64,000 nt of DNA, taken from the NCBI GenBank assembly GCA_963770565.1, contig CAVYQE010000008.1:161972-225971 (forward strand), read 5' to 3'. Positions within the stretch are counted from its first letter, which is position 1. Each line of letters starts with the position of its first letter. Shown piece after piece: positions 58,685-64,000 of the stretch. Source of the DNA: an uncultured Actinomycetota bacterium. Lineage in GTDB: Bacteria > Actinomycetota > Actinomycetes > JAFAQI01. A program made the position numbers and the translations under genes. Under the pieces are notes generated by a model, which saw nothing but the letters and a program-made list of their open reading frames with translations, had not been told where the DNA came from and did no database searches.

Positions 58685-59431
58685 ATGGAGAGCACCTCCG
58701 ACGACGCCGACCACGAGCGAAGCGACGCCCTGTCCCGGACGATGATCGAACTTGCGGACACTCTCGTGCACGACTTCGACGTCGTCGACTTCCTTCAGAT
58801 GCTCAGCAGTCGCTGCGTAGAAGTTCTGGGGCTGGCCTCGGCCGGGGTCATGTTGCACGACCAGCGTGACGTCCTGCAGGTCGTGGCGTCCTCTGACGAA
58901 CGCGCCCGAGTGCTGGAGCTGATGGAGATCCAGAACCAAGAGGGCCCGTGCCTGGACGCCTACCGGCTCAGCGAGCCGATCCAGGCCAACGCGGCCGAGG
59001 CGGCGAGGCGGTGGCCGACCTTCTCAGAGCGGGCGCAGTCCTTCGGCTATCGAACGGTCGGCGCGATACCGCTTCGCCTACGCGATCGGACCATCGGTGC
59101 GCTGAACCTGTTCACCACGAGCGACATCCAGCTGCGCGAGCGTGACATTCGCGACGCGCAGGCTCTCGCCGACATCGCCACGATCGGGCTCCTCAACGAA
59201 CGAGCCCTTCGCGAAGCCCGACTCGTCGCCGACCAGCTCCAGCACGCGCTCGCGAGCCGCGTCACGATCGAACAGGCGAAGGGCATCATCGCGGTGAACC
59301 TGCACTGCGATGTCGACGCGGCGTTCCAGCACATGCGCGGCTACGCGCGCAGGCACGGTTTGCGGCTCGGTGACGTCGCCACTGACGTCATTCACGGTGA
59401 CCTGACGGCAACCGCACTAACCGACAACTGA
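58685..59431 (+). CDS. GAF + ANTAR domain protein
   Basis: ELADTLV.DFDVVD, EGPCLDAY, LQHALASRVTIEQAKG. Confidence 0.93.
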   Translation: MESTSDDADHERSDALSRTMIELADTLVHDFDVVDFLQMLSSRCVEVLGLASAGVMLHDQRDVLQVVASSDERARVLELMEIQNQEGPCLDAYRLSEPIQANAAEAARRWPTFSERAQSFGYRTVGAIPLRLRDRTIGALNLFTTSDIQLRERDIRDAQALADIATIGLLNERALREARLVADQLQHALASRVTIEQAKGIIAVNLHCDVDAAFQHMRGYARRHGLRLGDVATDVIHGDLTATALTDN

Positions 59432-59759
59432 TCCGAGTGCGCCGAGGGCGGTCGCAAACGGTGCCGGAGGGTGATGTGAACCCCGCCGAGCTTCGTTGCC
59501 GCTGACCGCACCTGGCTGCGGTTCACGCTCGTCTGTACCGGACTCCCGCATGGGCGCGGGGAGACGCCCTGGCGCCGATTCGGCCGGGTGTGCGCCATGG
59601 CCGGCGGCGGAACCGTGAGAGTCAACCCAGAAGAAAGGCCCATAGCGTCCGAGGAGCGGCAGCTCATCAAACCAACCAGATCGGGCTCCCAGATCCGAAT
59701 GACCGCATGGCGAGGTTGACGACCACGGTCTCCTCGACGCTGAACGAGGGACGATCTCG

Positions 59760-61046
59760 ATGAACGACAGGCCGACGGCGGCGGGCGGGTTGGACGAGGC
59801 GGACGTCGAACCGGCCGATCCGGTTTCCGACGCTTCGACGTCCACGACAATTCCTCAGAGGACGTCGCCTGAACCAGCGACGAGACGCCGTCGCCGATGG
59901 CGTCGTCTCCTGTTCGCGGCCCCGCTTCTCGCGTTGGTCTTCTGGGCGGGGGTCTCCTACGCGGCCTGGATGCTGGCCCCAACAAGCGAGCCGTTCGGCG
60001 CGCGCAGCGTCGAATGGATCAGAGCCAAGCTGCCGTTTGGCAACTCGCTGGTGGACGAGGTGGAGCACGTCTACTACACGTGGAACGCGCCGAGCAAGGG
60101 CGGCCCGCAGCTGACAAAGCTCCCAGTGGTCGGGCTGCCGCAGCCGCGCAGCACCGGCGCCGCCGCCGCGAAGCGCGCGCGGCAGGACACCGCGTCACCG
60201 CCGCCGATCCAGCCGGTCTTCTCGCATCCACTCAAAGGCGAGGGTGTATGGACCCCGACCGGACCGCCGGTCGACGGCGGCCCGCCGATCCTCGTAACGA
60301 GCTATCGCCCCGACGTCAACTACCCGCGGCTCATTGCCTACGTCGGTTGGTTCGACCAGACTCGCACCGCGATTGCGTTCTACCCCGGCCGTTACGAGCC
60401 GCCGCATGCCGCCGTCAGGGGACCGATGATGGTCCCGGTCAGCCAGCGGCAGCGACTGTTAGCGACGTTCAATGCCGGCTTTATCTATGCGGACGGCCAC
60501 AACGGCTCGACTGACAACGGTCAGGTGAACGAACCGCTCAAGGATGGCAATGCCACTCTCATCGGCTACCGGGACGGTCGGATCGGGATCGTCAATTGGA
60601 ATGGCGGGCCGAACGCGGGCCCCGGCGTCGCCTGGGCCCGCCAGAGCCTCGCTCCGATTGTCTGGAACGGGCATCTCAACCCCAAGCTGAACACCGATCC
60701 GAACAGCTCACAATGGGGCTACACCCTTGGTGGCGTCACGCGCGTTTGGCGCACGGGTGTCGGAGTGGACCGCAACGGCAATCTCATCTACGTGGCCGCC
60801 AATGACCAGACGGTTATCAGCATCGCGCAGATCCTTCAGCATGTCGGCGCCGTCCGGGCGATGGAGTTCGACATCAACCCGGAATGGCACACCTTCATCA
60901 CCTACAGCCACAGACACGGCCTCGGTCCGCGGCAAATTGGGCCAAACCCTATGCAGGCGAACACCCGTTACCTCGTCCCCGACGACCGTGACTTCTTCGC
61001 CGTCTACCGACGTTCGCCCGGACCGATCACCGTCCCGTTCGGCTGA
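59760..61046 (+). CDS. Phosphodiester glycosidase (NAGPA/DUF2233) family membrane-anchored protein
   Basis: TM anchor; LLATFNAGF, WGYTLG...WRTGVG, AMEFDIN, RDFF. Confidence 0.8.
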   Translation: MNDRPTAAGGLDEADVEPADPVSDASTSTTIPQRTSPEPATRRRRRWRRLLFAAPLLALVFWAGVSYAAWMLAPTSEPFGARSVEWIRAKLPFGNSLVDEVEHVYYTWNAPSKGGPQLTKLPVVGLPQPRSTGAAAAKRARQDTASPPPIQPVFSHPLKGEGVWTPTGPPVDGGPPILVTSYRPDVNYPRLIAYVGWFDQTRTAIAFYPGRYEPPHAAVRGPMMVPVSQRQRLLATFNAGFIYADGHNGSTDNGQVNEPLKDGNATLIGYRDGRIGIVNWNGGPNAGPGVAWARQSLAPIVWNGHLNPKLNTDPNSSQWGYTLGGVTRVWRTGVGVDRNGNLIYVAANDQTVISIAQILQHVGAVRAMEFDINPEWHTFITYSHRHGLGPRQIGPNPMQANTRYLVPDDRDFFAVYRRSPGPITVPFG

Positions 61047-61048
61047 AC

Positions 61049-61118
61049 GATGTGAGGCGCCACACTCAGCATCCGGGATGTCTCGCGACAGATGTCCGCG
61101 ATGTCTTGCAACATCACA
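61049..61118. mobile_element. IS481-like terminal remnant
   Basis: Repeated GATGT(C) units ending GATGTCTTGCAACATCACA, abutting a tRNA 3' end; no transposase present. Confidence 0.5.
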
Positions 61119-61119
61119 A

Positions 61120-61140
61120 TGGTGTCGGAGGGGGAACTTG
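61120..61140 (-). other. tRNA-Leu-like 3' fragment, putative att site
   Basis: Minus strand CAAGTTCCCCCTCCGACACCA ends in CCA; no upstream tRNA body; GC drops to the right. Confidence 0.65.
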
Positions 61141-61429
61141 CAACTTGATTACACGACCCGTCGTGTTGCGAAGTGGCTGGTCGGAGCTCAGGCGAGTCTC
61201 TTGATCAGAGGGGCTAGCGGCCCATTGGAAGGTGGCCTAGGAACCGCGGCAGCGCAGATCGCCGAGCCTGTTTTAGCGAATAACCATATATCACAATAAC
61301 TCCGTATTAACGCCACCCGGCATCGCTCCTCGTCGTGTTACGGCGATGATCTCACTTCTTGCACTTTCCGCGTGTGAACGCTACCTTTGGCCCGCCTCCT
61401 AACCCAGTCACCCGTTTGGCGGTTGACAT

Positions 61430-61813
61430 TTGGGAGAAGGCGTGTTCCGAGCACTTGCCGCAGGGGCGTTGATGGCCACGGTCGGCGTTGTGCTCGTCGT
61501 GAACCACTCAAGCGGTGCCCAGAGCAGGGCTGAGAGTGCCCGCATCGCTGCTGACCCGCGAACCGTAAACGTTAACGTCGCGGATCTTGTCCCTCTCTAT
61601 CGAGGCGACGTCAAAACCTCCTGGAAGTACGTCGATGAGCTGAGAGAAAGGGGAGACGCACAGGTCATTTATCTCTACGCCGATAAGAGTGGAAATTATG
61701 CATATGTCTTTGATACCCATCGCCAGTTCGTCTCGTGGGCATGCGCCCCAACACAACCGAAACGCCCACTATGCAGCGACGCAAAAGACTTCGCCGCCCA
61801 TAGCAATTCCTAA
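61430..61813 (+). CDS. Hypothetical secreted/membrane-anchored protein (low GC)
   Basis: N-terminal hydrophobic segment; AT-richer codons. Confidence 0.6.
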   Translation: MGEGVFRALAAGALMATVGVVLVVNHSSGAQSRAESARIAADPRTVNVNVADLVPLYRGDVKTSWKYVDELRERGDAQVIYLYADKSGNYAYVFDTHRQFVSWACAPTQPKRPLCSDAKDFAAHSNS

Positions 61814-61843
61814 TTCTTCTTCCCGCCACAAGGAGATGAAGAC

Positions 61844-62272
61844 ATGCACGCTAAGCAACTAACGACGCGGGTGTCCGTCATTATGACAATGATGCTCGGC
61901 CTATTTGGAACTGCAGCCGTCGCGATGCCGAGCGCAGCCTTCGCGACATGTTCTACAAGCCCGAACCTGACGGGCATTTACTACTACACCAACATCAACT
62001 GCGGGAGCTACCTCGACAAGATCAACGCGGATGTTGAGATCGACAGTCTTGCCGACTACGCCCCAGGATGGAATAATTCCATCTCGTCCGTCGATGAATC
62101 TCCGCAAATCGGTGATGAACGATGGCGGCTATACATGTACAACGCAATAGACTTGAGTGGCGCTTCAATCGGCCTGTCGAACGCGAGTACAACCGCGAGC
62201 AAGTTCTGGAATATGACCGAGCTCGGCTTCAATGACGAGGCCAGTTCTCTGATTCAGACATACAGCGACTGA
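61844..62272 (+). CDS. Secreted beta/gamma-crystallin / peptidase inhibitor I36-like protein
   Basis: RBS AAGGAG, signal peptide AFA; two Greek-key motifs WNNSISSV and FNDEASSL. Confidence 0.72.
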   Translation: MHAKQLTTRVSVIMTMMLGLFGTAAVAMPSAAFATCSTSPNLTGIYYYTNINCGSYLDKINADVEIDSLADYAPGWNNSISSVDESPQIGDERWRLYMYNAIDLSGASIGLSNASTTASKFWNMTELGFNDEASSLIQTYSD

Positions 62273-62274
62273 GC

Positions 62275-62321
62275 GGTTATGCAACAGTCTGGGGACTAAC
62301 GCCCCAGGCTGTTGCATAACC
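62275..62321. terminator. 20-bp inverted repeat hairpin
   Basis: GGTTATGCAACAGTCTGGGG / CCCCAGGCTGTTGCATAACC between convergent genes. Confidence 0.65.
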
Positions 62322-62348
62322 CGTGGTCAACGATCAACAGCGACGAGA

Positions 62349-63997
62349 CCCGACTCGGGCCAAATTAGTGTGCATGGCCAGCCGGGCCAGTTAACTGATC
62401 GCGGTGAGGGCGTCGCGTAGGTCGTCGGGGAGTGGGTCTTCGGCCGTGACGGTGTGTTTGCCGACGCGGATCTGGACGGTCCGGTAGCGGCGGGAGGTCC
62501 GGACGAACTTCTTGATCGACCAGCCGGTCGCGGTTTCGAGATGCCGAGTGATCGCCAATGCTGCGAACACGATGGCCAGGTGCGCATCGATCGATTCACG
62601 CTTGTGGTGGTAGATCGGGCGGGCCCGCAGGTCGTGTTTGCTCATCCGGAACGACTTCTCGATGTGCCAGAGCTGGTGGTAGGCGCCGATCACGAACTCC
62701 GGGTTCGGGTCCTCGATGTTGGTGATGTAGCCCTTGAACCCGGCCAGACCACGAGCCTTCGCCTCGAGTTTTCGGTTCACTGTCTTGGTCGCGCCGGTGA
62801 TGGTGATGAACCGGTTGCGTTTGACCGGGATCTTCCCCGCGACGGCTTTCTCGGCTTTGCTCACCTGCTCGTCGATGCCGCGTAGCGTCCGTCGCGCCCG
62901 GTCGGAGCGGTACTGGTAGTAGATGACCTGGTCGCGGCGAGTCTCGTTCGGTGCCGGCCACGGCTGGGTGAAGATCTGCCCGTCGCTGACCTCGACACCG
63001 GGATGGCGCTCATGCCAGTCGGTGACGACCCACGGGATGTCCGGGATCTTCATCCCGAGGATGAACGACAACCCGGCCGCCTCGATCGCCTTGCGGTTTT
63101 TCTCCGAGACCATGCCTGCGTCCGCGACGACGGTGACGTCACGAAGCTGGTAGGCGGTCATGAACGCTTCGATCGTCGGGAGCATCGTGGCGGTCTCGGC
63201 CCGGTTGCCTTCGAAGGCCTGTAACGCCAGCGGGAAACCGGTCGCGTCGGTGAGCAGACCGACGGTGATCTGCGGCTCCAACCGGCGTTCCTTGGAATAG
63301 CCAGGCTCCCGGAACCCGTCACCGGTGTCGGTCTCGAAATACAGCGTTGTCACGTCGTAGAGCACCAGGCTCGCTGGGCCGATCGCGGCCCGGGTGGCGC
63401 AGGCCTTCGCGAGCCGGTCCCGCCAGGCCGTGGTGGCATAGGTCGGTAGCCGCCGTTTGATCGTGCGGTAGGAGCAGGCCGAGGTTCCGGTCTCCTCGAT
63501 CACCCGGATGCTGTCCTCTTTACTGGTCGGCTCGATGATCCGGGCCAGCACGAGCTGCCGGAACACCTCATCGCCGCCAGCCGCCGTGTCGAACCCGAGC
63601 GTGTCGTAGCAGCCGGACAGCGCGTCCCACAGATGCCCCATCCGCGAGCCGGTGATCTCCAGCGGGCCACCTGCGGCAGCCGCAGCCGCGAGGTCCAGGC
63701 CGAGATCGAGGTGCGCTTGCCCGGCCTCGATTCGTTGCCGGGCAACAGCTTTCAGCGCCTCGACCTGCTCCGGGGTATGCGCCGAACCCAGATGCTCAAC
63801 ATCTCGCGAGCCGCGCCGCGTGGAGTGCACGATCTGCACCGCCGTCGCGCCCGACGCCGTCTTCACGGTCCGCACATACACCACACGAGGACCTTACGAG
63901 CCCAGAATTAGTGTGCAAATCCGTCACCGCCCACCAGCAAACCTGCAGGTCAAGCGCCTACGCCACCACCGACCACCAAAATGTGGCCCAAGTCAGG
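62349..63997 (-). mobile_element. IS1634-family (IS1549-like) insertion sequence
   Basis: Terminal IRs CCCGACTCGGGCCA (62349) and TGGCCCAAGTCAGG (63984), 12/14 match. Confidence 0.88.
62391..63884 (-). CDS. IS1634-family DDE transposase
   Basis: YVRTVKTASGATAVQ, YDVTTLYFE, GYSKERR..PQ, VADAGM, IEKSFRMSK.DL.ARP.YH. Confidence 0.95.
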   Translation of the reverse strand: MVYVRTVKTASGATAVQIVHSTRRGSRDVEHLGSAHTPEQVEALKAVARQRIEAGQAHLDLGLDLAAAAAAGGPLEITGSRMGHLWDALSGCYDTLGFDTAAGGDEVFRQLVLARIIEPTSKEDSIRVIEETGTSACSYRTIKRRLPTYATTAWRDRLAKACATRAAIGPASLVLYDVTTLYFETDTGDGFREPGYSKERRLEPQITVGLLTDATGFPLALQAFEGNRAETATMLPTIEAFMTAYQLRDVTVVADAGMVSEKNRKAIEAAGLSFILGMKIPDIPWVVTDWHERHPGVEVSDGQIFTQPWPAPNETRRDQVIYYQYRSDRARRTLRGIDEQVSKAEKAVAGKIPVKRNRFITITGATKTVNRKLEAKARGLAGFKGYITNIEDPNPEFVIGAYHQLWHIEKSFRMSKHDLRARPIYHHKRESIDAHLAIVFAALAITRHLETATGWSIKKFVRTSRRYRTVQIRVGKHTVTAEDPLPDDLRDALTAIS

Positions 63998-64000
63998 TTG

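Noticed and set aside
59432-59759. ANTAR dual-hairpin target RNA or small ORF after the GAF-ANTAR pair
   Set aside because: No convincing twin hexaloop hairpins or RBS-led ORF found.
61120-61200. Complete tRNA gene
   Set aside because: Only the 3' about 21 nt is tRNA-like; no anticodon or D arm.

Overview
High-GC actinobacterial chromosomal segment with about 60 CDSs and no complete rRNA, tRNA or CRISPR array. In order it holds: an acetate uptake/activation locus (acs, SSS symporter, LytS/LytTR, with 9-bp LytTR-type repeats); a SigL-like ECF sigma/ZAS anti-sigma pair with a duplicated promoter; a LexA-box imuA'-imuB-dnaE2 mutasome with a divergent Cys-rich microprotein; TauE, a cold-shock gene, a secreted nuclease, a GT2 and a sulfotransferase; a TupABC-like metal-oxyanion operon with surface proteins and a MotA/ExbB + DUF2149 pair; three GGDEF(/EAL) genes; hut-type hydrolases; a putative SigL-regulon operon; mgtA; a WS/DGAT with a DosR-like box; and two GAF-ANTAR genes. 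At the right end a tRNA-Leu 3' fragment marks a probable island containing an IS1634-family element. The best candidate for an undescribed system is 29163-32069 (- strand). Two tiny peptide ORFs ending AG-W-KF and AG-H-KF, each with a strong RBS, precede a membrane-sensor GGDEF-EAL protein and a DUF5317-like protein whose two GD motifs are spaced like the catalytic aspartates of signal peptidase II. This suggests peptide processing and sensing coupled to c-di-GMP. All family assignments come from motifs recognised by eye; no database searches were run.
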